Shown here: piece by piece, positions 1 to 10,073 of the stretch
How the letters are laid out: the number at the start of each line of letters is the position of its first letter
How positions within the stretch are numbered: the stretch's first letter is position 1
IMG/VR virus record: IMGVR_UViG_3300011912_000001
Origin: an uncultured virus (IMG/VR IMGVR_UViG_3300011912_000001)
Taxonomy: Duplodnaviria; Heunggongvirae; Uroviricota; Caudoviricetes
DNA length: 51,343 bases
Reading direction: 5' to 3' (one strand)
Translations under genes and position numbers: made by a program
Notes under the pieces: generated by a model
What the model was told of the DNA's origin: nothing
The model's input: only the letters and a program-made list of their open reading frames with translations
Database searches by the model: none

Positions 1-190
1 ACGCATGTTGTTCTAAGAAATGAGAAGTCGCATTAGGCACTTCCCCGAAGTTGATGGTGTAGGTTATCAAAACAAAAGGTTCATGGTCACTGTAGGCTGA
101 CAATGGTATTGCGGGTATTGCTAATGCCTCAGACAGCTTTTCTGCAAACTTTTTCGTTTTACCTAGCATGGTGTCGTAGACGATTACCAT
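1..190 (-). CDS. nrdI: NrdI flavodoxin-like ribonucleotide reductase assembly protein (5' part, runs off window)
   Basis: Manual translation from ATG 190: MVIVYDTMLGKTKKFAEKL...EPFVLITYTINFGEVP...FL, matching the NrdI pattern; GAGGTG RBS upstream. Confidence 0.85.
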   Translation of the reverse strand, partial: MVIVYDTMLGKTKKFAEKLSEALAIPAIPLSAYSDHEPFVLITYTINFGEVPNATSHFLEQHA

Positions 191-317
191 GACAAACTCA
201 CCTCACTCCCGAATCAAAATTCGTACCTCTATGTCGAATCTTAACAATCGAAACCTTTTGGAAAGTCAAAAGTCAAGAATGGGGAGGAGAACTTTTTTGT
301 CAAGTATTTGAAACCGA

Positions 318-365
318 ATACTAGATATTGTACGAAAAAAAAGAACATGCCCCCATCCATAGTAG
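318..365. promoter_or_regulatory. Candidate tandem NrdR boxes upstream of nrdI
   Basis: ATACTAGATATTGTAC (318-333) fits acaCwAtATaTwGtgt well; weaker second box at 350-365, 32 bp away. Confidence 0.45.
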
Positions 366-716
366 ATGGTACATGCTCCCTGTTATCTCTTTCCAGACTC
401 ATGTCCGAAGTAAGAGAAGGTTGCGGGTTCAATTTCTTCCTCCTCCCTTCTCTACCAAACTTCGGTCAGGGTTCGTCCACTTGTCATGGAAAAGAATCGT
501 TAAAGTCGTACCTAAAACACTGGCACCGATAATTAATAAATAGAGGTTAGCGAACACGTTACACCTCCTTTCTTAGCGACCAAGTTGCTCTCTTTCTTTG
601 CGAATCTCTTCTAAGCGTTCGAGCTCTTCTTTCGTGAACAAGGGCAATGACACTAGCCTCACCTCCTTTCAAAGATAGGATAAAACCCTTCCATTCCATT
701 TACTCTTTCATGGTTG

Positions 717-1460
717 TTACAATGTCGTCTTCGGAGCTAAGGTCTGAATGAGATGACGACGGAACAGATAGACATCCCGTTGTTCTGAAATGCGTTGTGA
801 GACTTTGTTACCAAAAGCATACGTGAATGCTACCGCTAACGCAATGCTCGTGTAGATATGTTGCTGTTGTTCGAACGTAAAGTCTTGGTATCCTGAGACC
901 TTTCTTTTTGAAGGGAAAACGATGATATCCGAAGCACAGTTGTCACAAAAACAAGTATGAAGCAAATTGTTATTAACATGACCTTTATTTAATTTTAAAA
1001 GAAGTTCTTTTGAAAAGAATTCTGAATAAGAAAAGGATTCGAGTAGTTGATGGTAATGATTGAGACGGTCGAGAGAGAACGTCGTCGCCGCATGATTGTT
1101 CTTTACATAGGTTAAAGGATGTGTTTCAGAAAGAACAGGGTCGTCTAGAATCGCTTTGTAAAAGTTACGGGCATCCCATTCTATGAACGGGTTAGAAAAT
1201 AACCTTTTGGCTTCCGGCGGAATATAGGGAAAGTGCTTGAAGGTAAATGATTTGTACGTGATAGAAAAGACAGAGCGCGAACTCGTTTGATGATTACAAC
1301 ACGGACAAGAAAACAAGGTCGTGTTTCCGTAATGGTATAAGGGAATCGAGGCGTTCAGAGAATAATTTCCGCTCGAAGCTTCGACATGAAAACGGTGATA
1401 GGTCAGATTATAGAACTGATATAAAGCATTGACTTCTTTGACGAAGTTAGAGACTGACAT
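717..1460 (-). CDS. Orphan family A protein (two CxxC, putative Zn-binding), C-terminal tag LIQTLAPKTTL
   Basis: SCPCCN...FCDNCASD; similar to the three neighbours; RBS AAAGGAG. Confidence 0.8.
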   Translation of the reverse strand: MSVSNFVKEVNALYQFYNLTYHRFHVEASSGNYSLNASIPLYHYGNTTLFSCPCCNHQTSSRSVFSITYKSFTFKHFPYIPPEAKRLFSNPFIEWDARNFYKAILDDPVLSETHPLTYVKNNHAATTFSLDRLNHYHQLLESFSYSEFFSKELLLKLNKGHVNNNLLHTCFCDNCASDIIVFPSKRKVSGYQDFTFEQQQHIYTSIALAVAFTYAFGNKVSQRISEQRDVYLFRRHLIQTLAPKTTL

Positions 1461-1511
1461 GAAAAAACTCCTTTCTATTTAATAACTACATGATATGGAC
1501 CGTAGGGACGG

Positions 1512-2252
1512 CTATAGTCTTAATTTTGGTCCAACTTCCTGTTGAAGGAAGAAAGAAAGGTTCGGCATCGCCCGTTGAGAGTGATTTCCGAAAGCGACAA
1601 CGAGTGCGACGGATATAGCGGTCATGGTATAGATGTGAGAAAGGTAAGCTCTTTCATGTTCAATGAATTGGTTTTGGTATTTTGGAATACCACCTTCACG
1701 ATTCAAAAGGAGAAGCAACGAATGCGGATTTTCTAAAACTAAAAAGATGTCAGAGAAACAAGATTTGCAGAAGTAAGTGCGAAGCTTTACTCCTTCAAGA
1801 AGTACAGAAGTAGAACTAGGAAAAGTAGCAGAGTGTTTATTGATGTCGCGCAAAGCCGTATCTGTAAAATAAGGAGACTGTTGGAACAGTTTCAAAAGAG
1901 ATTTATAACGCATGAAACGTTCTAAAGAAAACAAGGATTCATTGCGGTTATATTGGATACTGTTCATGTGATATTTTCCTGTAATTGAAGAAGGTAAACT
2001 GTCTTGAAAAGAATTAGAATCATATTGTTCTTGAGGATGTTGACTCAAGAACTCAAAAACATCCTTATTGAGATAAGGGAAGTTCATGGCTCGAAAGTCT
2101 TTGCCTCTAATATTTAAGTGTTGCCCGCAGCAAGGACAACTTTTATTATCCTCAAGAAGAGAAAAGGCAAGAGGGCCATGGGGAAATGACTGGTTGACGG
2201 AAGTAGGAAAGAACGAGAACAAATGTTGATAGTCTTTAATAAAGGGATGCAT
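1512..2252 (-). CDS. Orphan family A protein, tag LQQEVGPKLRL
   Basis: SCPCCG...FCKSCFSD; start moved to ATG 2252 after AAAGGAG. Confidence 0.8.
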   Translation of the reverse strand: MHPFIKDYQHLFSFFPTSVNQSFPHGPLAFSLLEDNKSCPCCGQHLNIRGKDFRAMNFPYLNKDVFEFLSQHPQEQYDSNSFQDSLPSSITGKYHMNSIQYNRNESLFSLERFMRYKSLLKLFQQSPYFTDTALRDINKHSATFPSSTSVLLEGVKLRTYFCKSCFSDIFLVLENPHSLLLLLNREGGIPKYQNQFIEHERAYLSHIYTMTAISVALVVAFGNHSQRAMPNLSFFLQQEVGPKLRL

Positions 2253-2278
2253 AGGTAAATCTCCTTTCATGTGTGGGA

Positions 2279-3100
2279 TTAAAGAAGCAAGGATGGACGA
2301 AGAGTATTAATGAAGGAAGCCGGTCTTGCGTAAGCAGGGTTGAAAGCAATCGTGAGTAGATAAGAAAGAGCAAAGCCTGTAAAAGCGTAAGAAGCTTGAT
2401 AGAACAATTGAATCAGTTCTGGGGCTTCATCATTTGAAAGATTGATGAAAGAAGGTTCGAAGCCTTCGTCAAGAATCGGGCGGTGTCTTCTGTAGTAGTC
2501 ATCAAAAGCTTGGCTGTAGTTAGTGAATACTTCATAGAAGTTAACGTTCGGAACCAATGGCAAATCACTTAGGCAATTCTCACAAAACGGAATTAAGAAT
2601 TGGTTATTCATAATAGAATATAAAGGTATATTCAAAGGGGTGGAATGAAATCTCATGTTCTGATTGTTATTGTCAACAGTTAAGGTGAGATTGAAAAAGG
2701 GATTCTTTTGGAGTTGAGTTAAAGTGGAAAAGTATGTTGCCCGGTTAGCTGAATTATCAAAGTGGTCGAGAAGGAAAGGATGGGCGCGCAAAGCATGCCT
2801 AAAATAACCCATCAAATCTTTGATTGAGTCGCCCATGTTTAATTCTTGAATCGCTTTTTGTAAAGTCTCAGGGTAAGGGATATAAGAAAGTGAAGTCTGG
2901 GAAGCAACTAACAATGTTGCTCGACAATGGGGACAAAGGATGTCGGGAGGTACTTCAAGATTAACTTCATGGGGCAAAGGAGACTTTGTTAAAAACTGTG
3001 GGTCTTGAGAAATCTTACTGTACTGAGGAAGTGAATAAAGTGCTTTGGTAATGACACCGAAGTCGGTTCGCATATGAGATGAGTTATAGACGATAGTCAT
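2279..3100 (-). CDS. Orphan family A protein, tag FINTLRPSLLL
   Basis: LCPHCR...FCENCLSD; RBS present. Confidence 0.8.
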   Translation of the reverse strand: MTIVYNSSHMRTDFGVITKALYSLPQYSKISQDPQFLTKSPLPHEVNLEVPPDILCPHCRATLLVASQTSLSYIPYPETLQKAIQELNMGDSIKDLMGYFRHALRAHPFLLDHFDNSANRATYFSTLTQLQKNPFFNLTLTVDNNNQNMRFHSTPLNIPLYSIMNNQFLIPFCENCLSDLPLVPNVNFYEVFTNYSQAFDDYYRRHRPILDEGFEPSFINLSNDEAPELIQLFYQASYAFTGFALSYLLTIAFNPAYARPASFINTLRPSLLL

Positions 3101-3124
3101 AAATAAATCTCCTTTCGCTAAGAA

Positions 3125-3913
3125 TTACAGAGGTGTTGGTGGCGACGTCGATTGAAAAAAGAAACTAAGCGGCATGTCTTTGCCACGAAATTCTTTTTTG
3201 AAAGCATAATAAAAAGCATGAGAGATAACAAAGATGGTAAACAAGGTAGAAATCGTTTCGTACTTGATATGTTTGGTGTATTTTTCTGAAACATTGGTAG
3301 ATTGAAAGTGCTCAAAGCGTTGAAGTTCATCATAAAAGAATTTGTTTGGGAGAAGATAAAAGTCTTCTTCACAATGCATGCAACTGAATAAAGAAAAACC
3401 GACACAAGAGAAGTGTATCATGTCAGTTTCATTGCTATCGTCGACGACCATCGTTTTTTGATAAAGATAAGGCAAATTAAAAAAAGGGTTGTTTGAGAAC
3501 AAATGGATGAAATCATGATAGCGTTGAATACTTTGCTCGTGCCATTGATACTCTGTATGATACGTGCGCGAAACCATCTCTTGAAAATAAGAAACGGCAT
3601 CCTGATGAGAAAGAGAAGAAATAAAATCAATGAGAGTCGGAAGCGGGATAAAAATACTTTCGGGATTGCGGACTTCTGACAACTTGATGTCAAAGATATC
3701 ACTTTCAGAAGAACAGAGAGGGCAGATGGTATTCGGATTGTACATAGAATGCTCAGCGCTTACGTGACGAGGAGTTCCTTGAGTAGGAATCGGCATCGGA
3801 AATTCGGATGCTCGACGTTGAGCTTCATACACAGATTCATGAGCAGAAAAGAAACGTTGGACACGATGGATATCTTGCTTGATGAGTTCAACAGAATGGT
3901 AGGAAACAGCCAT
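3125..3913 (-). CDS. Orphan family A protein, tag FFQSTSPPTPL
   Basis: ICPLCS...SCMHCEED; RBS AAGGAGG. Confidence 0.8.
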   Translation of the reverse strand: MAVSYHSVELIKQDIHRVQRFFSAHESVYEAQRRASEFPMPIPTQGTPRHVSAEHSMYNPNTICPLCSSESDIFDIKLSEVRNPESIFIPLPTLIDFISSLSHQDAVSYFQEMVSRTYHTEYQWHEQSIQRYHDFIHLFSNNPFFNLPYLYQKTMVVDDSNETDMIHFSCVGFSLFSCMHCEEDFYLLPNKFFYDELQRFEHFQSTNVSEKYTKHIKYETISTLFTIFVISHAFYYAFKKEFRGKDMPLSFFFQSTSPPTPL

Positions 3914-3957
3914 GGGAATACCTCCTTTGTAGGAAAAATAAAAGAGCTAAGATACTC

Positions 3958-4446
3958 TTAGCTCCAACAGTTGAATAAGTTCATTTTTAACATGTGTAAG
4001 AAAACATTTTTATTTTTGATACAATGTAGATACAAAAAGATTTCTGCTTCGTTTTCATCCGTATGACGAATGAGTGCACGTAGGAAATCATTGATTTCGG
4101 CACGGGCAACCTCAAAATCTGGCTCTGCTAACGATTCTAGATAACGGAATAAAGCATCTCGCTTTGCTTTCTTATAGTATCCATAAATACCATCATGGGA
4201 CATCCAGTAGAGATGGTCCCGGATGTCTTTATTTTCGACACCGACTTTGAAAACCAGCCCTTCGTCTGTTTCTTTATACCAATGCTCTTTGCATTCATTC
4301 TTAAAAAAATGTAAAACCTCTAACAGTTCAGCGTCCATTGCTTTATCGACCTCAGGAATGAAATGGTCATAGAGTTCCTGATAATCATAGCCTTTGAACG
4401 GAGAAGTAGAACCAGAAACTGGTGCGGACGGTTGTTCAGAGAACAT
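3958..4446 (-). CDS. Hypothetical protein
   Basis: ATG 4446 with AGGAG RBS; extended -10 TGTTATAAT just upstream. Confidence 0.7.
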   Translation of the reverse strand: MFSEQPSAPVSGSTSPFKGYDYQELYDHFIPEVDKAMDAELLEVLHFFKNECKEHWYKETDEGLVFKVGVENKDIRDHLYWMSHDGIYGYYKKAKRDALFRYLESLAEPDFEVARAEINDFLRALIRHTDENEAEIFLYLHCIKNKNVFLHMLKMNLFNCWS

Positions 4447-4508
4447 GAACGTCACTCTCCTCTTTAATAAGTTACTTCCTATTATAACAGATAGTGGGAG
4501 GTTGACCA

Positions 4509-4540
4509 TAAAAAAGAGGCTCTCTCCCCAAAGAGCCTCT
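4509..4540 (-). terminator. Intrinsic terminator
   Basis: AGAGGCTCT/AGAGCCTCT stem followed by a U-tract on the minus strand. Confidence 0.6.
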
Positions 4541-4690
4541 CCTCAAATCAAGCTAGGAAGCATCCAATCCAATGAACGAGATTTTTACTCTTCCTTTACT
4601 TATTTTAAGCGGTACGAAACCTAAATCGCAAGTCTTTTTCCATTGTTTCCAGAAAAGAATCATTAATTTTCTGAATATTTATGGAAGATA

Positions 4691-5443
4691 TTACATGCTT
4701 GTAGTTGGTGGCGCCGTCGATTGAAACTCATTACGGGTTTCAAACTTCCGACGATAGTCTTCAGGGGAATAGACACTGAAGCTGACAATGTTGCGTGTAT
4801 TTAAGACTAGAATCGCAGGAGTAATAGCTTCAGGTTTATACGGCGTATACTCCATGTGTGGCACATCAAGGATGTCTGCTACAAGACTTTGAATGGCTTG
4901 TTTTCTACGAGAAGCCGTCAATTGTTCTTCTACACTTTCCATGTAAGAAAAAGCAAAGTTAGTGAAGAATGTTTGACCGTCTACCATTGTGATGTGTGCG
5001 ACATAATTTTCATGGACACGTTCAGGCCAATGGAAATTTTGACGGACGGCCGCCTCACTATCAGAGTCTGTAGTTTGCCTTGCTTCAGCTCCTAGAATAA
5101 TGTTTGCACTAATTCCACGACCAACTGTATCGAATTCTCCACGGTTGTCATTGGTAGTAGCCTCATTTGCCCATGTTGCACGTGGAGCATCAGTGGGTTG
5201 GTAGTCTGAAGGAATATTACCTCCTCGAATGGTACCGCTAGCGCTAATGCTTCGGGCTGTTCCTTCGAAGACAACACGTCCATTATGCAGGAATTGATAG
5301 TCTGATGTGGGTGGAGCGTAGGGTTCAGAAGCGGCTTCGACAGTTTCACGAAGACTTTCTTCTATGGTTTGATAAATCGTGCGTTGTTCTGGTGTTAAGG
5401 CATCTACAGTTTGTGGGTTTTCTTCTGGATTGTGTTCAAGCAT
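4691..5443 (-). CDS. Hypothetical protein, tag variant FQSTAPPTTSM
   Basis: 250 aa ORF; C-terminal half resembles the neighbour at 5449. Confidence 0.75.
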   Translation of the reverse strand: MLEHNPEENPQTVDALTPEQRTIYQTIEESLRETVEAASEPYAPPTSDYQFLHNGRVVFEGTARSISASGTIRGGNIPSDYQPTDAPRATWANEATTNDNRGEFDTVGRGISANIILGAEARQTTDSDSEAAVRQNFHWPERVHENYVAHITMVDGQTFFTNFAFSYMESVEEQLTASRRKQAIQSLVADILDVPHMEYTPYKPEAITPAILVLNTRNIVSFSVYSPEDYRRKFETRNEFQSTAPPTTSM

Positions 5444-5448
5444 CTACA

Positions 5449-6144
5449 TCACTCCAATGGATTTGATAAGTTTGGGGCGGGAGCAAAGCTCTGACGTGGA
5501 AAATGTTTCTGTTTGAATGCATCTTCCGTGTCGACATCATAATATTGAATGGATTGGATATTGAAAATCCGTTCATGAACTGTTGTTAAGTCCTTCGAGA
5601 AAGTGCCGGTAATACTTTTGAAAAGACTATTCGCTGTGTTCAAAGCATTCGGAATATGACGAAGCTGATGAGTATCCTGTAAAGATTGAATCATGGCAGA
5701 CAAATGCTCCGCTGATAATTCATTCTCAGAAACGGCAATAAACGTTTTCACTTGAGAATAGAAATGAGCCCCATCCTTTAGATAGAAGGTAATAACGAAA
5801 GAAACAGGATAAAGGTTTGTATTTAGTGAGAAGCGACTCCGGGGAGTCTCATAAAAATCAGGAGCAAATAAATGATTTTGATGCCGGACACCGGAATCTT
5901 CTTCATAATAACGTCGGGTCTCTCGCCGACGACTTTCTTGTTGCTGACGAAGGTGGTTCGTCATTTCCGTATACGTCCGTGGAGTCGGTGTGCCACCCGT
6001 AGCTTGATGCCACGAATGAGGAGTTGTACGGGAAGCGACACGTGCTTGTAAGTCACTCAAGCGTCTTTCAAGTTGTTCGGTCGTTCGTCGGAGAATGCGA
6101 TTCTCATGTGTCAATTGGTCGAGGTGACTACGATTAGTACTCAT
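5449..6144 (-). CDS. Hypothetical protein with N-terminal coiled coil
   Basis: Long ORF with RBS. Confidence 0.75.
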   Translation of the reverse strand: MSTNRSHLDQLTHENRILRRTTEQLERRLSDLQARVASRTTPHSWHQATGGTPTPRTYTEMTNHLRQQQESRRRETRRYYEEDSGVRHQNHLFAPDFYETPRSRFSLNTNLYPVSFVITFYLKDGAHFYSQVKTFIAVSENELSAEHLSAMIQSLQDTHQLRHIPNALNTANSLFKSITGTFSKDLTTVHERIFNIQSIQYYDVDTEDAFKQKHFPRQSFAPAPNLSNPLE

Positions 6145-6159
6145 AGACAACAGCCTTTC

Positions 6160-6402
6160 TTAGTATAAGATAAAAGCAGTTTTGGATGGTGGGGCATCTT
6201 CAATCTTGAACGATAGGATTTCTTCCCGCCGGTAAACATGCTCGCCATGGTCGGTTACGAATGAATGGTATTCACTTTGCGCAATTTGCCTTTTGATTTT
6301 ATCGTACAAGGAGATAAGTTCCCCATGATAACGGACGGTCTGGCGGTGTTCTTCTAGTTGATGTTGATTGTTGATAGTGTAAATGATGGTGTAAGTGTTC
6401 AT
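6160..6402 (-). CDS. Small hypothetical protein
   Basis: 80 aa ORF, AGAGGA RBS. Confidence 0.6.
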   Translation of the reverse strand: MNTYTIIYTINNQHQLEEHRQTVRYHGELISLYDKIKRQIAQSEYHSFVTDHGEHVYRREEILSFKIEDAPPSKTAFILY

Positions 6403-6485
6403 GATGTGTTCCTCTTTCTGTATGGGACGGTGCCCGTGGTTTTGTCATAAAATTCCCCCTTCGCTTACGCGTGAACTTTAAGTGA

Positions 6486-7067
6486 TTATAAGAATGTTTT
6501 AGGAGCAAGAGGAGAAAACAACTCTGTTTTCGCTTCTTTCAATGCCTTGTAAGTTTCCGTCTTTTCAAAATAGATAAAGATGAGATACTTGAGATTCCCG
6601 ACTGCATCCGACATCTCTTGATGGGATAAGGGAGAAGAATCAATCAAATGACTAAAGGGTGCACTAGTAGGATAGATATAATGATGACGACGGGCAAGCA
6701 AGTGTTGTAAATAATAATGAATCAAATGATGTTCTTTGATTGTCTCGTCTTTTTTCTGTTGATTGATTGTATAAATAGACTGGCTTCCATCTGGTAGTTT
6801 GTAAGTGTAAGTGCTGTAAACAACTTGAACATCAACGGAGTTTCCATAAGACGTAAACTCTCTTGATACTTTTTCATCAATGCTATGCAAAATCTTATAG
6901 GTTTTAGAAGGCGGAGCGACCCTGTGAAAATCATCGAGGATGCGCATGGCTTGGTGCATGGCGGATTCATAGATGGAAGAGTGTCCCATAAAAGATGAGA
7001 CAGCGAAGGTTCTTGGACTTGAAGAGGGAGAAGCCATTCTAAAAATCTGTTCATAAGATGAAAACAT
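6486..7067 (-). CDS. Orphan family B protein, tag LFSPLAPKTFL
   Basis: Shares [YF][WF]xxTxxYK near the C-terminus with three neighbours. Confidence 0.75.
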   Translation of the reverse strand: MFSSYEQIFRMASPSSSPRTFAVSSFMGHSSIYESAMHQAMRILDDFHRVAPPSKTYKILHSIDEKVSREFTSYGNSVDVQVVYSTYTYKLPDGSQSIYTINQQKKDETIKEHHLIHYYLQHLLARRHHYIYPTSAPFSHLIDSSPLSHQEMSDAVGNLKYLIFIYFEKTETYKALKEAKTELFSPLAPKTFL

Positions 7068-7082
7068 TTAGCTTCCTCCTTT

Positions 7083-7622
7083 CTATAAACTAAGACGCGG
7101 TGACGATGTGTCAACGAAAAATTTTAAATAGGGAGCGACATGTTTTTGATAAGTGCGAGTTTTCATCCAAAAGTCTGTCGTGCTTTGTTGTATCCAGAAG
7201 TTTGCTTTCTCGATGGATTCGACATCAAAGTTATGGTTGAGGTGTTTAATAGATACTGCATCAAAACTAGAGAAAGGAAGGGCTTCGACATGGCTCAGAA
7301 CAAAAGAACAAAAAATATCGTAAGCCCGGCGATATCCTTGAAGAGAAGATTGTAAAGTTGGGATTGTAGCATTGTTTGTAACTAGATAGCGCTTTCCTGT
7401 AACTCCACAGGTCACAGAAATCTGTATAGAGTAAGCGTTATTTTCGACTTCTCTCCCACCCATGCTAATAGTTATAGGAAGTCGTTCTTCCTTATAAGAA
7501 AAGATGAAATCAGAAGGAAGTCCGTCGATGCAAAGCGTGTCATACATCTCCATAGCTAGTCGGACATGGTTCTCATTCATCTTTCTTAAAGCTGAGAAAA
7601 ACGGATTTTGTGGCGGCTCCAA
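7083..7622 (-). CDS. Orphan family B protein, tag FVDTSSPRLSL
   Basis: TTG 7622 after AAGGAGG; AMEMYDTL..DGLPSDFIF...FWMKTRTYQ. Confidence 0.75.
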   Translation of the reverse strand: MEPPQNPFFSALRKMNENHVRLAMEMYDTLCIDGLPSDFIFSYKEERLPITISMGGREVENNAYSIQISVTCGVTGKRYLVTNNATIPTLQSSLQGYRRAYDIFCSFVLSHVEALPFSSFDAVSIKHLNHNFDVESIEKANFWIQQSTTDFWMKTRTYQKHVAPYLKFFVDTSSPRLSL

Positions 7623-7635
7623 GGTAAAACCTCCT

Positions 7636-8151
7636 TTATAGATTGTGACGTGGAGATAAAGTAGAAACAAACGGTTTTTTCGAAGGAAGGACGTATTGTT
7701 TATAGACCTTTGTCCTTTTCCAGTAAGCCGGAATCGAATACGGTAAAAAGAACTCTAAGAATGCTTTATCTTTTTCAGGAATTGATTTCTCTAGTTGTTC
7801 ATAAGGTAGTGTTCTTGTCAATTGAGGAAAGACGGCTTTGACATGTTCGATAACGAAGAGTCGGAAGAAAAGGAATAGCGCGTCCGCTTCTTTTATTTCC
7901 ATCGATTCGGGTAGTCGAATCGAATAAGAAGCCTTGGTTTGCTCATCAATGATATTGAGAGTAGCGGCGCCAAGAGAATATTTAAAGGCAAGAGGATTTC
8001 CTATACGATACAGAGAGTCTCTTTCTTGAGTAAATGAGTGAGAAAATCTGATGGAATCAGGGATGCCTCTTTCATAAATCGTTTCATAGGCTTGTTGAGC
8101 AAGCAACATGACTTCAGGCACCCATTTATAGGGTTTTCGTTGAGAACGCAT
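7636..8151 (-). CDS. Orphan family B protein, tag FVSTLSPRHNL
   Basis: AQQAYETI..RGIPDSIRF...YWKRTKVYK. Confidence 0.8.
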   Translation of the reverse strand: MRSQRKPYKWVPEVMLLAQQAYETIYERGIPDSIRFSHSFTQERDSLYRIGNPLAFKYSLGAATLNIIDEQTKASYSIRLPESMEIKEADALFLFFRLFVIEHVKAVFPQLTRTLPYEQLEKSIPEKDKAFLEFFLPYSIPAYWKRTKVYKQYVLPSKKPFVSTLSPRHNL

Positions 8152-8162
8152 AAGAAACCTCC

Positions 8163-8681
8163 TTATAAGAAAAGATTAGGAAGACGAGGAGAGAGCAAAG
8201 GATTTTGTATTGGCTTGATATAGAGCTTGTAGACGTTGGTCTGTTTCCAATAGTCTTGAATCGGTTTTTCAAATTCTTGCTTCAATGTCTGGGGGTCGAA
8301 CATATATTCCAAGACCATATATGACATGTCTTCGTCAATAACATCATTTAAATTTCGATTTGGATAAAGTACATTGAAATGTTCTTGAACAAGCAATCGA
8401 AGACATGAAAGTACAGGTTGAATATTGGTTGATTCATGATAAAAACGACTGGCTTTCCAAGAAAAACTGGTGCCGCTCAGTTCGTCATGTATAGTGACAG
8501 TCTTTCCATCAGCAAATTGATGCAAGATATTTCCTTGTCCATCCTGAACAAGCTTGTAATTTCTACTTGTTTTGAAGATAAATTTAAATGAGTCATGAAA
8601 GCCATTCGCATAGAGAGCATCGTAGGCTTTAAGGGCGACTTTCATCCCTTCTTCGATACCATCTTTCATTCTTTGGTCCAT
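8163..8681 (-). CDS. Orphan family B protein, tag LLSPRLPNLFL
   Basis: ALKAYDAL..NGFHDSFKF...YWKQTNVYK. Confidence 0.8.
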   Translation of the reverse strand: MDQRMKDGIEEGMKVALKAYDALYANGFHDSFKFIFKTSRNYKLVQDGQGNILHQFADGKTVTIHDELSGTSFSWKASRFYHESTNIQPVLSCLRLLVQEHFNVLYPNRNLNDVIDEDMSYMVLEYMFDPQTLKQEFEKPIQDYWKQTNVYKLYIKPIQNPLLSPRLPNLFL

Positions 8682-8743
8682 TAGAAACCTCCTTTGACGC
8701 TTTTGGCTATCGAATTTTAAAAAAAGAGAGGGGTTGCCCCCTC

Positions 8744-8995
8744 TTATTTCTCGTTGAAGATTGCTTCAACTTCACCGACACGTGCAGGATTGAATCCTGT
8801 CATTCGTTTGACTTCTTTGCCTTCGTCATCGAGAAGGAGAAGAACCGGTTGACCCATGAGACCATATTCAAATGCTTTCTCCGGGTTTTTGTCCGTGGAG
8901 ATGACTTCGTCTGCCACCCATCCGTTTCCTTCCATGACCGTAGCGAGTTGTTTGCATGAGGCACAGTTTTCGCCTTCGAATTTAAGGATTTTCAT
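8744..8995 (-). CDS. Thioredoxin/NrdH-like redoxin
   Basis: MKILKFEGENCASCK (CxxC)...GQPVLLLLDDEGKEVKRMTGF; GGAGG RBS. Confidence 0.85.
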   Translation of the reverse strand: MKILKFEGENCASCKQLATVMEGNGWVADEVISTDKNPEKAFEYGLMGQPVLLLLDDEGKEVKRMTGFNPARVGEVEAIFNEK

Positions 8996-9035
8996 ACGTT
9001 TTGTTCCTCCAGTAATTGATTGTAGNNNNNNNNNN

Positions 9036-10055
9036 CTTTTCAAACAAGCGGGTGTTGCTGACGTTGTCGGCGTTCTTGATTTTACCACCGGCGGCAGGAG
9101 CATGTCCGCCTCCATCAAAACATTCCGCTAGTTTATGGACTTGATAGTCCCCATGACGGACACGGAAACCAATCTTCTCATGGTCACGGACGACAACGAA
9201 TTTGGCTTCTGGGAACATTTCCCCCATCATATCACAGATATCATTCTTTTCAGATTCTGCTTCGACGAATGCGAATGTATCTGTTTGGTTCAAGGCAATC
9301 TCTTGGACGTAATTCTTTTTCTTCTTGAGATAAGAATCCCGACGACGAGCATCGACTTCCAACAACATCTTTTCATGTGGTTGCATGGCGATACTCAGTT
9401 CCATCAGTGCCATCCGTTGAACGAACAAGCGTCCTCCTAGGAGATAGAACAACTGGTTGAAGTCCCGTGCTTGTTCTTTGTGTTTGTTCTCTGGGTCTTT
9501 CTGCCATGCCCATGTATCATAACTTCGAACGATGTCGGCAAAGCTTTCCGCGTTCACATGGTTCATGTATTGCCATGTCGCACGTCCTTTATCGTCGACC
9601 ATCACTTCTTCATAACGAGGGGCAAGTTCTTGCGTTAAGAAATCATAGACAAGGTCAGTAGCAGAATGCATCTTCCCCTGTTCATCTTCGACAACGACAC
9701 GTGCCCAGTCATACTGGTTGAGCCATAAGGCACTCTTGTGATGGTCAATCAAATACACTTCAACATTCGGATGCGCTTTTGCAAAGGCATCGAGGGCTTC
9801 TGCCGTCTCTACATCAGTAACAGATAAGTCTGTGATGTAGAATGCATCATAGGACGCGGCATCTTTCCATTTAATGAAGTTCATGACCGCATCGTTTACT
9901 TTTTCATAGAGTGCGATGTGTTCGATGTTCAAGTGGACTTCAGAGTTCAAAGAAAGATACATATCAGTGATAAGGATGGGCGGTCCGTGCCCATCCAAAT
10001 CGGTATGTGTGATAACTTTTACCTTTTGTGGTTTTGCGAGTACATTCTTTGCCAT
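9036..10055 (-). CDS. DHH/DHHA1 phosphoesterase (NrnB-like oligoribonuclease); 3' end obscured by N gap
   Basis: THTDLDG, ITDLS, IDHH and GGGHAPAAG motifs. Confidence 0.9.
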
Positions 10056-10073
10056 CTAAAGCAACTCCTTCAA

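Noticed and set aside
8982..9118. Possible DHH-thioredoxin fusion
   Set aside because: The junction is an N gap of unknown length and the thioredoxin has its own GGAGG RBS; cannot be supported.
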